In this document: piece after piece, positions 50,758 to 64,000 of the stretch
Position numbering within the stretch: position 1 is the first letter of the stretch
Layout: every line of letters starts with the position of its first letter
Assembly (NCBI GenBank): GCA_964016885.1
Contig: OZ024744.1
Location: 38,440,001-38,504,000 of the forward strand
Source of the DNA: Eledone cirrhosa
Lineage: Eukaryota
Length of the DNA: 64,000 bases
Reading direction: 5' to 3'
Translations under genes and position numbers: made by a program
The notes under the pieces: generated by a model
Database searches by the model: none
What the model was told of the DNA's origin: nothing
Seen by the model: the letters and a program-made list of their open reading frames with translations, nothing else

Positions 50758-51327
50758 AAGGCGATACATTTCAGACAACACTAAGAGAATTTTACAATTG
50801 ACTGTCCAGCTACACGTGGGAGAGAGAAGTCACAGCGTGTTTAAGGGCAGTGAACCAGTGGCCTCTGAGAGACGAACTGCTAGAAAGGGCAGCCCAAAGC
50901 CACTCAGAGAAGTGTGCTCAACCAAACAGAGATAGGAAAGACTGTTGTTAGGAGCGAAATATCACGATAAATTAACGGAGGCATAGGCCGTCGTTATTCC
51001 CTGTAAATAATGTGCTCAAAGGGGAAGAGATCCTGAGCCCATTAAAATATAATATGTTGAGAAGGTAACACACCAGAGAGAGATATATAGTGTATTATTG
51101 ATAACGCACTATATATCTATACATATATATATATATTCATACGTACACCTCTACACACATATATACACACGTACACACACACACACACATATATATATAT
51201 AAATATACGTATATATTCATACCTACAACTATACACACATATATACACACGCACACCCGTACACACACATATATATACACATATATACATACACATACAT
51301 ACTTATACATATACATACATATACATG

Positions 51328-51371
<44 letters not shown>

Positions 51372-51547
51372 CACACATATACACATATATACACATAAAC
51401 ATACACAATCCATACATATACATATATACATAAATATACATACATATACATACATACACATACAAATACACACATACTTACACACATAAATATATAAATA
51501 TACGTAAATACACAAGTACATACAAACACACATACAGACACATATAT

Positions 51548-51623
<76 letters not shown>

Positions 51624-51697
51624 GTACATATACACACACGCATATATATATATATACATATATATATATACATATATATATACATATATATATATAC

Positions 51698-52945
<1,248 letters not shown>

Positions 52946-53059
52946 TATAGTAATAATAATAAATTTGAAGACTAAAATCCAAAGAGGGCTCGATACGGAT
53001 AAATATATATCAAATATATAAGAACCGTAGAGCAAATATTTATTAAAATAACAGATTAA

Positions 53060-53110
53060 AGTTTAAGCAAAGAATCGCTGCTTTCACCCTTAACGGGATC
53101 TTCTGAAACT
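53060..53110 (-). ncRNA. Type I hammerhead, A4 core variant (CAGAAGA), in PLE family 2 pLTR
   Basis: AGTTT-CAGAAGA-T CCC gttaa GGG T-GAA-AGCA..TGCT-T-AAACT; distal stem I GATTGA/TTAATC. Confidence 0.7.
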
Positions 53111-54004
53111 AACAAAGTCAATCCGTAAACGCAGAAGTGGATATTTCAAAAAACGTTGCAACCGGAGGAAGACAGGAAGACGATACTTTGGTTCGTGGAA
53201 ACGTTCCCCGGCAAAGAACGGGAAAAAACGAATCTAAACGTCATTAATAGGAGCGGTGAAAAACAATTACGCGCAAAGACAGAACCACGTTTATGGTATA
53301 AAAGAAGTCGTAGACTAATGTTCTCTTAGGTGGTTCATAGAGACGTTCTCTGGCGATGAACGGAAAAAACGAAGATAATACGTCATATGTGAGCGTGGAG
53401 AACAAATGCACGCAAAGACAATACCACGTAAATGGTATAGCTGAAGTCGTAGACTAAATTCTAACTAGGAAACCAAATAAATCTCCGCTTCAGAGTTAAG
53501 AATAAAGTAAATAAATACAATACAGGGGTAATAGAAAATAAATAAATGCATACACACATTCAAATACGTACATACACAAGCATACGCAAAACACTGGCCA
53601 TAGGTATACAAAACCACGCACATATAAATATGTGTGTGTGTGTGTGCGTGTATAAAAATAAATAATTAAATAAACGTATATAAATAAATAAATACGTATA
53701 TAACAAGCGCACCCACATATCTACATGTAAATACACAAATATTCGGAGACGTAAGTCATCCAAAACATGAAGTACACATATACACACACCCTACATACGT
53801 ACGAACCTGCGTACACACGCAGACGCAAAACTCCCGTATACACATAACCAAACCATATGTACCAGATAATATAAAAAATGTATACGCCATAACATAATCA
53901 ATCAAATATACGTATGAGACAGTATACGTACCTTCACAAAACATACAGGTAATATATACTTACCTATGCAAATAAGTAATGGTATAAACAAAACATATAC
54001 TTAG

Positions 54005-55620
54005 CTACCACATCAAGACGTAAAAAATCCACGTATAGATCGTACTATCCGTTAGGGTATAATGTGGGGCTGTAATAGAGGAAAGTTTTGTCAATTTATG
54101 TTTACAAGCCGAAATTGCCTCAGATTTTTTGTTTAAGATGTGGTCTTTGGCGTAGAGTATTTCCAGGGCCTTAGCGGCGCAGAGGTCACATGGTCTTTTA
54201 TTTCCGTTATACGATCTAGCCCTAGCTAGGATCTCCCAGTGTAACTTATATTGGGTGTGGTTGTCTTTTAGACTCCAGATATAAGCTGAAAGTGACGTCA
54301 TATTCCTTCTAAGAGGGTAACGAAAAGAATGGGTATGCATGTAAAGACGCTGCTTGAATCTAATGGCGGTTAACCTTATGTAGGCTCTACAGGACGTGGG
54401 TGTTTCAACCTTACATTTGTAGACAATGTTACTAGAGAGGCATTTCCCGGAAAGGGGGCAATCAACCCGATTCCTACAATTACAGTTAATACTAACTACA
54501 GGGTTGCACGTGTTCCTACGGTTAGGTAGTTAAGCTAAATTTGAAGCTGTGATGTTATGTGCAAGGTTAGGAGTCGTAGAGTAAGAAATTTTAATAGTAT
54601 TTCTATTAAAAATGTTACTAAATTTATGTGTAGGGGGAAAATGCTTCGTAATAAGTGAAAGAAAGATCTTGGCTAATGGTGTGGCCATCTCCATATTATA
54701 TGGTGGGTTATACCAACAAATGCGACGCGATCTATTACTTCTAGGTCTATTACCGTACTCTGTATATGCTACCTTATCGACAAATCCACTCCGAGCAAGA
54801 GCTTCATTGTAATAAGTGGAATGGTCGTTGAAAATCTGCTCGTTAGTAGATAGACGGGAAAGCCTCAACGAAGCGTTTCTTACCAGGTTCTTGGTTATGC
54901 TGGCAGGATGGTTGAAATGCTTACTTATGTAATTAAGCGTATCATTCGGCTTTCTATACGGGTAATACAACCCATTCGATAAATTGAGGGTAACGTCGAG
55001 GTAATTAACGACCGAGAGATTGGCCTCAACCTGTATAGAGAGGTTGAAGCCTTTAAAGAAGGCTGTGAGTTCTTTTCTGAACCTGTCGCAAGCACGAGGT
55101 CCGCACTTAGTCATGGTCAAAAGACCATCATCACGGTACAAACCACCGCCCGCGTTGTGGAATTCGTCCTTGATAGAGAAAAGAAGGAAAAGGCCAATAA
55201 GATCAGTAACCTCCGCAGAATCGCTGGCGCCCATACTCACGTCGAATGGGGTACTATTGGATTTTTTAATCCAAATAGAGTCGTCGAAATTAATCACCGA
55301 GTTACGGGCATTGAGGATGACATCAACTTCGAAATCCTTAACCACTGTGAGTGTTTTAGCGAAATTGATAGCTCTAATGAGAAGTGGTAAAGTGATGGAG
55401 GAGTAGTAATTGTTGATGTCGAATTGGATAAAACGGCAATGTTCCTTGTTGCATCTGCCGTTGAACCAATTAATCACCTCGAAAGAATTGTTCCACAGTG
55501 CAAGAGGGGCCAAACTTCTAATTTCAGGTATAATTCTATCAAGAACCCTTTTACTAAGTCTACCTAAATCGGACTTCGTAGGGTTAATAAGCCGAATAGA
55601 GGGGTTGTTCGGAAAATTGG
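54005..55620 (-). pseudogene. PLE RT + GIY-YIG ORF with a single in-frame TAA at 54530-54532
   Basis: RLINPTKSDLGRLSK, FIQFDINNYY, MGASDSAEV, GLYRDDG, WYNPP; reading through the stop gives CNCRNRVDCPLSGKC..IVYKC..CDLC..LNKKSE..CKH. Confidence 0.9.
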
Positions 55621-55742
55621 ATTTGTTTTTCCCGTTCTTTGCCGGGGAACGTTTCCACGAACCAAAGTATCGTCTTCCTGTCTTCCTCCGGTTGCAACGT
55701 TTTTTGAAATATCCACTTCTGCGTTTACAGATTGACTTTGTC

Positions 55743-55793
55743 AGTTTCAGAAGATCCCGTTAAGGGTGAAAGCACCGATTCTTTGCTTAAACT
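55743..55793 (+). ncRNA. Hammerhead (CAGAAGA variant) in the inverted pLTR
   Basis: Mirror of 53060-53110. Confidence 0.7.
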
Positions 55794-55891
55794 TTAATCT
55801 GTTATTTTAATAAATATATATATATACACACGTATACATATAAATATATAAATATATACACATACATACACATACCCACAGATATATATAT

Positions 55892-55970
<79 letters not shown>

Positions 55971-55987
55971 AACATACACATACATAC

Positions 55988-56762
55988 TCAGACTCAGAAG
56001 CTCCCGCGTCTTGCGACGCATGAGGCAATCATAGTGTTCCACCGCGTTCGGTCAGCAGCCAGTTGCACAGCGTCCCGCCATTGTCTGTTTGTCGCTCGCA
56101 GGTCCCTCTAAACTGTCTGGCGCCAGTTCATTTTGGGTCGACCTCTCCGTCTGCTTCCCTGTGGGTTCCATTTAAGTACTTCGTTCGCCGGTCTCTCCAG
56201 AGGGAAGTCTCAAAGCGTGCCCAAACCATCCCAGGCGTCGCTTGCAGATGGCAGAAGAGACCAGCTGCTGGTTGGTGCGGTTCCTGACTTCCTGGTTTGA
56301 TACATGGTCACTCCATTTATTCCCCAGCATCTTTCGCAGACACCTGGAATCGAATGCGTCCAACTTCTTCTCTTGGCTGGTCTTAAGGTGCCATGTTTCA
56401 CTTCCGTACAAGAGTGTGGACAGCACGTTGCTGTTGTAGAATCTCATCTTTGATTTGAGGGTGAACTTCCTGCTCTTCCAGATCTTGACAAGCTGGTTAA
56501 ATGCTGCTGAAGCCTTTCCCATTCTACATTGCAATTCACTGTCCATGGCGCCCCCATTGTCAATGGAGCTTCCTAGGCAGGTGAAGTTGTCCACTATCTC
56601 CACCTCCCCCTGTTCAATGAAAACACTAGATGGTGATGGGTGTGTCCCAGATAACATGCTTTTGGTCTTCTTAACACTGATATTGAGACCTAAGCTTCCT
56701 GCTTCGACATTGATATTGTTCATAATGATTTGCAGGTTCGAACGACCACAGGACCAAGACGC
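55988..56762 (-). mobile_element. 5'-truncated RTE (BovB-like) LINE
   Basis: GLNISVKKTKSM, VDNFTCLGS, RMGKASAAF, LLYGSETW, RRLGWFGH; (TCTGAG)n tail. Confidence 0.88.
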
Positions 56763-57175
56763 AAATAGACCACATACATACACATATACGCATATACATA
56801 TAAACGCACGCACACGCAAACATACACATACATACGTACGGCCACTCAAACAAAAACGTACATACACTCATAAAACTACACATATACACAGACACATATT
56901 TACAGTATAAAGATGAAGTACACTCTACATGCGGGAAGAGTAGATAGTTCAGAAGTACTTACATGACCATAGTGCCGTGTTTTGCGTCGAGAGGAGGTAG
57001 GGGTAGGGTGGGAAGGAGTTGGAGGGGTATTTTGTCGAGTGGTTTTTTTTTTAAAAAAGGGAAGTCTTTTTTAGCCATCTGGCATTAACACTTACTCAAG
57101 GTATTTGAAAGTTGCAAAGTTTTTGTGCATGCAATTCAGGCAGTGTTCAGAGAGTTTGTTCAGTAGCAGGCCCTT

Positions 57176-57259
<84 letters not shown>

Positions 57260-57390
57260 AGGGAGAGAGAGAGATATACATTGAGAAAACAACACCATAC
57301 TTCGAGACTGGGCATATCAAATGATCGAAATAACAAAGGTAAATTTGTTCCCATCATTATGTTTTCCTGGTTTGTTTTCTGTTCAAGTTC

Positions 57391-57452
57391 TAGCTGTCTG
57401 ATGAGGTCAGAGCTGTTGCCTAATGGTTTTCACCGAAATATATACAAAAGCG
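57391..57452 (+). ncRNA. Degenerate hammerhead candidate
   Basis: CTGATGA-GGTCAGAGC..GTTTTCACC-GAAA-TATAT; stem I (TGT/ACA) is out of register by 1 nt. Confidence 0.4.
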
Positions 57453-57500
57453 AATATGATTAAACGAAGTTAATTTTAAACTGTTGACTAACACTTCTTG

Positions 57501-57579
<79 letters not shown>

Positions 57580-58007
57580 CTGTGATATATATATACAAAT
57601 ACATCTATATACCAACACATACAGACATGCGCAGATAGATATACATGTGCAAATAGATAAACTTTACATACTTACACATATCTAACTATGACATACAATT
57701 TCATTTCATATACAGCGATTTAAAATGGACAATAATATAAATGTCATAAGATAGTTTAAACTATAGGCAGGTTATAAAAGATATATGAGAACAGTATTTC
57801 ATATCATTGAAAAACTAAGCTGGAACGTAAACAAGTATAATTAATCAGGTTCAAGGATTTTGTAAAAGAAAGAGTGAGAGTTCTATGTGGAAGCAACAGA
57901 AATGGGGACGGATAGCTACGACTAATATAGATAGATGCACACTATCAATGGGTGAGTGGGACGTCGTTGTAGAGTAAACGTAGAAAAGGTAAAGTAGATT
58001 ATATGGA

Positions 58008-58803
<796 letters not shown>

Positions 58804-58967
58804 AATACTAGTGTCTTTATTTTTCGTCTCAGGTTATGGAAATAAAGGATTATATCATTTCTAGAGTTGAGAATATTAAATTGGAAGTTATTTCAGATAC
58901 TTCAGTCCCACAAAGATTGTATGTAGTTCTACAGCCTCCACAAGGTTTTCTTGAATTAATAATAATA

Positions 58968-59162
58968 ATGATTTTTGATTTAGGTACAAGGCCAGAAATT
59001 TTGAGACAGGGTAAAGTCGATTAAATCTATTCCAGTGCATGACAGGTACTTTATTTTATCGACACCCTCGCCTGGATTTGAACTCAGAAGGTAAAGGGAC
59101 GTAATTCTATGCCTCAAAGAATGTTGTCCGACGCTCTACCAATACTGCCAATCCACCACCCG
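58968..59162 (-). mobile_element. SINE family 1 copy
   Basis: GGTGGTGGATTGGCAGTATTGG A box, GAGTTCAAATCC B box, core and tail. Confidence 0.8.
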
Positions 59163-59261
<99 letters not shown>

Positions 59262-59503
59262 GTTTCTTTATTAACCACAAGGGTTCACATAAAGTAGACA
59301 TTAAGGACAGTACAGGACAATACAGGACGGTACAAATGGGCATTTCTGCGTGTAAAAAAACAGAGGTTGAAATAAAATAACAAAGAAAAATTCCCCAATA
59401 GGGGGGAGACTTCCAAGGGACATTTGTGGAGAAAGCCCATTAAAAGACCACAGTGGCCCTGACCACCAGGGCAAGTGCCCTCTCCCAGTTTTCCACCTTT
59501 AAT

Positions 59504-62500
59504 TTACAGACACATACTCAGAGAAGGCCCATTCATTCGGGCCATACTTGCTTCTCTCACCCATCTTTCAACAAAATGCTGGGAAGAGAGCACTTCCCTC
59601 TCTACCCTGATTTTCCTTTTCAAATGAAATTTGAAAAAGTTAATCAGGGCATCACCGAAGAGGTAAGTGCTCGTCTTCAGCCCTTTCAAACGTGTCCACC
59701 ATACTATCTTTTTCGCCATGGCCACCAGACAGATAAAAACTGCCTGCCCTTCCAGGCTAAAGGAAGGGGGCGGGGCAATCCTCACGATGGACTCAGCTGA
59801 TAGCTGGATAGGTCCTACACGTGACAGCAGGTGTTCGACATAAACCCACAAGTCAGCAATGCTCGGACACTGGACGAGTGCGTGCAGGACGGTTTCGTCG
59901 CCCTGCGCGCATCTCGGACATGCCCGGCTGACGGCACCTCCATGCCTGTAGAGTTTATCCCGAACTGGCAAAGCTCCTCGGTAGCACTGCCAGGCCAGGG
60001 ATTTCTGGAAGTTGTCCATGGGCCCCGGCCCGAAAGTCCTTCCGAAGAGATTGGCTAGTTGATTTTCGTCGACGCCTAGAGTTTCTCCAAGTACGTCGTC
60101 GCTCTTCCCCTCCACTAATCCCCTATAGAACGCCAAGGTGGAGTTTCCACCGATCACATTGCCCGATTGGCCGAGGGCTGTGAGCGCCTGAAGACATTCC
60201 AGTCTCCAAGCGCTCCCTCTCGGTCTTCGCTTGACCCAGGACTGCAGCTCCGTCAAGGAGACGAGCTGGGGAAAAACGTGTCTTGCAAACGGCGACCACA
60301 CCTGATCACCGTCGAGGAAGAGGTGGAGATGTCGTAGCCTGAGCGCGTGTCTGCGCATCATCAGCCACGGCATGCCCAGCCCTCCACGTAGCGGGTGTTG
60401 ACAGCAGATGGACCGCCTGACCATCGGAGCGTGTCCCTTCCACAAGAAGCGAAAGAGCAAACGCTCCAGCGCAGTCAGGCGGGGCTTAGGACAAGGTACG
60501 ACGGTCAGGCGGTAGTAGATGACGGATGCGATGTACGCATTCGCCACCTCCGCTCGACCTTTCAGGGATAGCTTCCTCTCGGCCCATTTCTGGGTGAGAG
60601 AAGCCACCCTGCTCGTCAGCTCGTCCCAGTTTTTGTCCGTCTGGAGGTCTGGACCGAACCAGACCCCTAGCAATTTAACCGGTCCGTCCGTCCAGCGCCC
60701 GACGACGCTGTTGGACGGCATGGACCTGCCTCTCCAGGTGCCGAGCTGCAGGCCCACTGACTTTTCCTGGTTGATCATTGCTCCTGTCACCGCTTCGTAT
60801 TCTCTTAGTGTAGTGCCGATCGCCTCGATGTGTTTGGCGTTCGACACCACTACGGTGACATCGTCGGCATATGCTGACACGGATCTTCCGCATCCTAGTT
60901 CGCGCGGGACCCCCCTCAACGTCTCCAGTTTGTGCAGTAATGGCTCGAGAGTCAATACGTACAATAGGGACGAGAGGGGACATCCTTGGCGGACCGAGCG
61001 CATGATGTTGAACGGTTCCGAAAGGTGACCGTTCACTCTCACTACAGAGCAGATGTCGCTGTGCATGGCAGCGATCCAGCCTCTGAAGACGGGCCCAAAG
61101 CCAGCCGCCCTCAGGACTGCCGCTAGGTAACGATGGTCGACCCTATCGAAGGCTTTCGACTGATCTAAATTGATCAAAGACCCACCCGTGCCAGGTTCCT
61201 TAGCTACCCTCTCTACGATGTATCGCATGAGGTGGAGGTTGTCGTGGATGGATCTGTCGGGAATAGCGCATGTCTGTGCCTCTCCCACCAGACCACCAAC
61301 GACAAGCGCCAACCTCTTTGCTAGCACCTTGGCCAAAATCTTGAACTCTGTGTTTAGCAGAGTTATGGGCCTAAAATTATCTATGTTATCCCCCTTGTTC
61401 GGATCCTTTCTCAGCAACGCCACCGCTCCTTGGCTCACAGAGCTGGGAATTCTCCCGTTCTGTTGCCAGTTGCAGTAGACGTCCGCCAAGAGGCCTCCGA
61501 ACAAGTTTGGCATTTGTACGTAAAGTTCATAGGGCAGACCATCCAAACCAGGCGATTTACCCCTTGTGCAACTAATCATTGCATCCCGTACTTCAGCGGT
61601 TGTTATCGGCTTTTCGCAACAATCCGCCTCAGTGGCCGAAAGCCGCGGCAGTCCGTCGAGGTAGACACTAAAGTCCATCCCTCGATCCGGCCCGCCACTG
61701 CCCCCGAACAGTTGAGCGAAGTGTCGCTGAAAAGCTTCACACATTTGCCCGGGATCGAGTAGCATGCGCCCGTCGTGGTCCACCAAAGACCGGATCGTGG
61801 CTTTGTTGCCACGACGCGCCTCCGCCACTCGGGCCCATTGAATGGCTTTCGTCCCCTCGTGTCTGAGAGCACGCACCCTAGCTCTGACAACGCAGCCTTC
61901 GTGCTTTGCATTGAAGAATTGGTCAAGGGCCAATTTCGCCGCAAGTACGTCGGTCGCAATGCCTTTGCTAAGCGCCTCATCTAATTTTCTAACTAATTCT
62001 CCCTCTGCTCTATTTTTCTCTATTGCTAAAGTCTTACTAAACCTAATGGACTCTATTCTAATTGCTCTTTTCAGAGCAAACCACCACTTGTTGTTGACGA
62101 TGGCCCCGTCAACGCCCGTTTAACTAGTTCGCTAATCCGGTCTCTGTAGGCCTTGCGCGTTGGTAAGGACGCGTTTAGCTTCCAGTGGCCGGGTCCTCGT
62201 CTATGAAGCCTATCTAAGTCAAGCACACAGATCACGAATTTGTGGTCCGTGTAGCTGACTATCTTGAATTGTGGACAGCCTATGCTAGACCTATCTATTT
62301 CCCTACAAAATACTCTATCTAGATATGATCTGGATGACCCTATGCGATTTGTCCAAGTCCACATTGGTACATTCGTGAAATCCATTCGGTACCTGTCAGA
62401 CAGTTCAAAACGTCTGAGCAGGTTGGTGAGACTCTTGCACCCTCCTTCCCTATCTACTAATCCCACACAATCCCAGCGTGCATCTAAGATCCCGTTCCAG

Positions 62501-62913
62501 TCGCCTACTAACACTAAAGAGCGGGACGTTCCAAGAAAGGTCTCCAGACGCCGGAAGAAATCAGGCCGCCCTGCTCCTGTCGGGGCATAGACGGCCACTA
62601 ACCTGAAAGCTTGGCCGTCTCCGCTGGTCACGTCCAGCACCACCAACTTACCTTCTGGGTCCAGGAAGATGGCCCGTATGGCAAGATCCAAACCTCTCCG
62701 AAAAAGCACAGCAACTCCTCCCCCCGATCCCGGACGGCTGGGAGATGCGTACACATCGTAGATCGGTGCGAAAGCCTGTGCTTCGGAGATTCTGGTCTCG
62801 CTGATGGCCACTACATCTATGTTTAGTGACCTGAGGTCGTTGAGCAGGTGGCCCTGCTTCCATGACGACCCCAAGCCACGCGCATTTATGCTGCCTATTC
62901 TGAGTGAGGTCAT
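59504..62913 (-). CDS. Tx1 ORF2 (APE + RT + C-terminal zinc motif) with one 1-nt frameshift at ~62104-62107
   Basis: 280-aa APE ORF plus an 809-aa ORF (DQSKAFD, RQGCPLS, YADD, CPRC..H..C). The frame is restored by one extra G in GGGG (LTGAIVNNKWW). Confidence 0.9.
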
Positions 62914-62947
62914 GTTGAAAAGGAGTGGAAAAGATGGGAAAGACCAC

Positions 62948-64000
62948 TTACCTTACTTCTCGTAGGGGAAGGACGGTTTTTCCATCCTTTTCACTGCTTG
63001 TGGCCTCCTCAGGAAGGATGTCCTTATAAATCCTCCTGGAGAGTGCTTGTCGGAAGTCTCCGATGTCTTTGGGGAATTTTTGTTTTAGTGTCATGTACGT
63101 TTTCTGTGTGATGCGAGTGATTTGTATGTGTGGAGGTGGTGTGAATTTTGGGGTTGTTGTGTAGTCTTTTTCTGTGATGCTGGTGTTGTGTTGGATGTAG
63201 TGTAATAATTGCTTGTTGTTCAAATTTAATGCTGTGTAGTGTGTATCGTTTTGGTTGTTTTGTTTTGTTTGCGTTTGTTGTGGGTTTGTTTCTGTTTCGC
63301 ATTTTGGTGACTTTTGTGGTGTAGGTGATGGTGGTGTTGGGGTTAATGATGGTAATGGTGTTGGTGTTTGGGTTGATGGGGTTGGTGATGCTGGTGTGGA
63401 TGGTGGCATATCTCTCCTAACTTTTTTGTTTCTTAATTTATTTGTTTCCCTCTATATTTTGTTTTTGGAGGGGGAAGGAAGAGAATTTTTTTCTTTTTTG
63501 GTTTCTTTTTTTTTTTCCGGATATCGTTTCCCACTCCTCGTTGTCACAATCTGTCTCCAGTTGTGATAGGCCGGGGAGTGGAAAATCCTCCACAGCCGTT
63601 AGTTTTGGTTGGGGCGTGGTGGATGGTGTAGGCGCTGGTGCTAGTTCTGAAGCGTTGGGTGGTGGTGGCGTTGGTTTTGCTGGTGGTGGTGGTGGTGTTG
63701 GTTTTGCTACTGTTGCTGGGGTTGTTGCTGTTATAGTTGCTTCTGTTGTTGCTGCTACAGTTGTTGCTGCCATCTCTGCTACTGGTGGTGTTGATGGTTG
63801 TGTCACTGGGGTGGGTAGGAGAGGTGGCCTCAACCTTTAAGCCTGAGGGCAGAAAGCCCTTAGGTGGGTTCCTTCACCACAAACGACACACCTAGGTCTT
63901 CTGCCCTCGACAATTACCGTGAGGTGGCTGCCGTCAGTGAGGTCTATTACCTCTGGGATCTCCTCAATGCTTTTTTGGTCCGCTTGGATCAGGAGCTCCA
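62948..64000 (-). pseudogene. Tx1 ORF1 (zinc knuckle + P/T-rich region), with a stop at ~63838 and a homopolymer frameshift
   Basis: EGRRPRCVVCGEGTHLRAFCP; low-complexity linker; basic C-terminus. Confidence 0.8.

Larger units (their letters stand above)
49963..51118 (-). mobile_element. Non-coding tandem repeat (542-bp unit, ~2.1 copies) with one hammerhead per unit and a short terminal inversion; retrozyme-like or tandem pLTR
   Basis: ATATAATATGTTGAGAAGG starts at 49963, 50505 and 51047; units are near-identical; 51093-51118 is an inverted copy of the unit start region. Confidence 0.8.
52949..55816 (-). mobile_element. Penelope family 2 element, 5'-truncated, with inverted pLTR copy at 55621-55816
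   Basis: RT + GIY-YIG, a long low-complexity 3' UTR and a pLTR with an internal ~130-bp repeat; 55621-55816 mirrors ~53035-53232; both ends lie in (TA)n. Confidence 0.92.
59164..64000 (-). mobile_element. L1-Tx1 LINE copy B, near-intact, with 3' UTR, AATAAA and (ATT)n tail; 5' end lies outside the window
   Basis: ORF1 with CCHC, ORF2 APE-RT-CCHC, tail at 59164-59260. Confidence 0.95.

Noticed and set aside
60519-62590. Plus-strand ORFs within LINEs (also 129-518, 30133-30438, 55020-55406)
   Set aside because: Antisense shadows of retroelement coding frames.

Overview
Gene-free, AT-rich, microsatellite-dense eukaryotic DNA; the repeat spectrum suggests a coleoid cephalopod such as Octopus (inference). 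I found no host protein-coding exon I can support. The window is a stack of mobile elements. It holds several L1-Tx1 LINEs: one near-intact at 59.3-64 kb, one interrupted by an Ingi-like LINE that carries a decayed 2A ribosome-skip motif, PHD fingers and RNase H, and two 3' fragments inserted in (GATA)n. It also holds an R4/Dong LINE lacking its RT core, RTE fragments, a non-autonomous Helitron, a mariner remnant, hAT-like MITEs, tRNA-derived SINEs, and at least three Penelope-like (RT + GIY-YIG) families, one forming a 4.8-kb inverted repeat. The most notable hidden layer is about 10 sequence-distinct type I hammerhead ribozyme motifs, folded by eye. They include U3-A8 compensatory, A4 and C4 core variants. 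Two sit in non-coding tandem repeats (542-bp and ~602-bp units) that resemble metazoan non-LTR retrozymes or tandem pLTRs able to yield small circular RNAs. All folds and family assignments are by inspection, and element boundaries are approximate.
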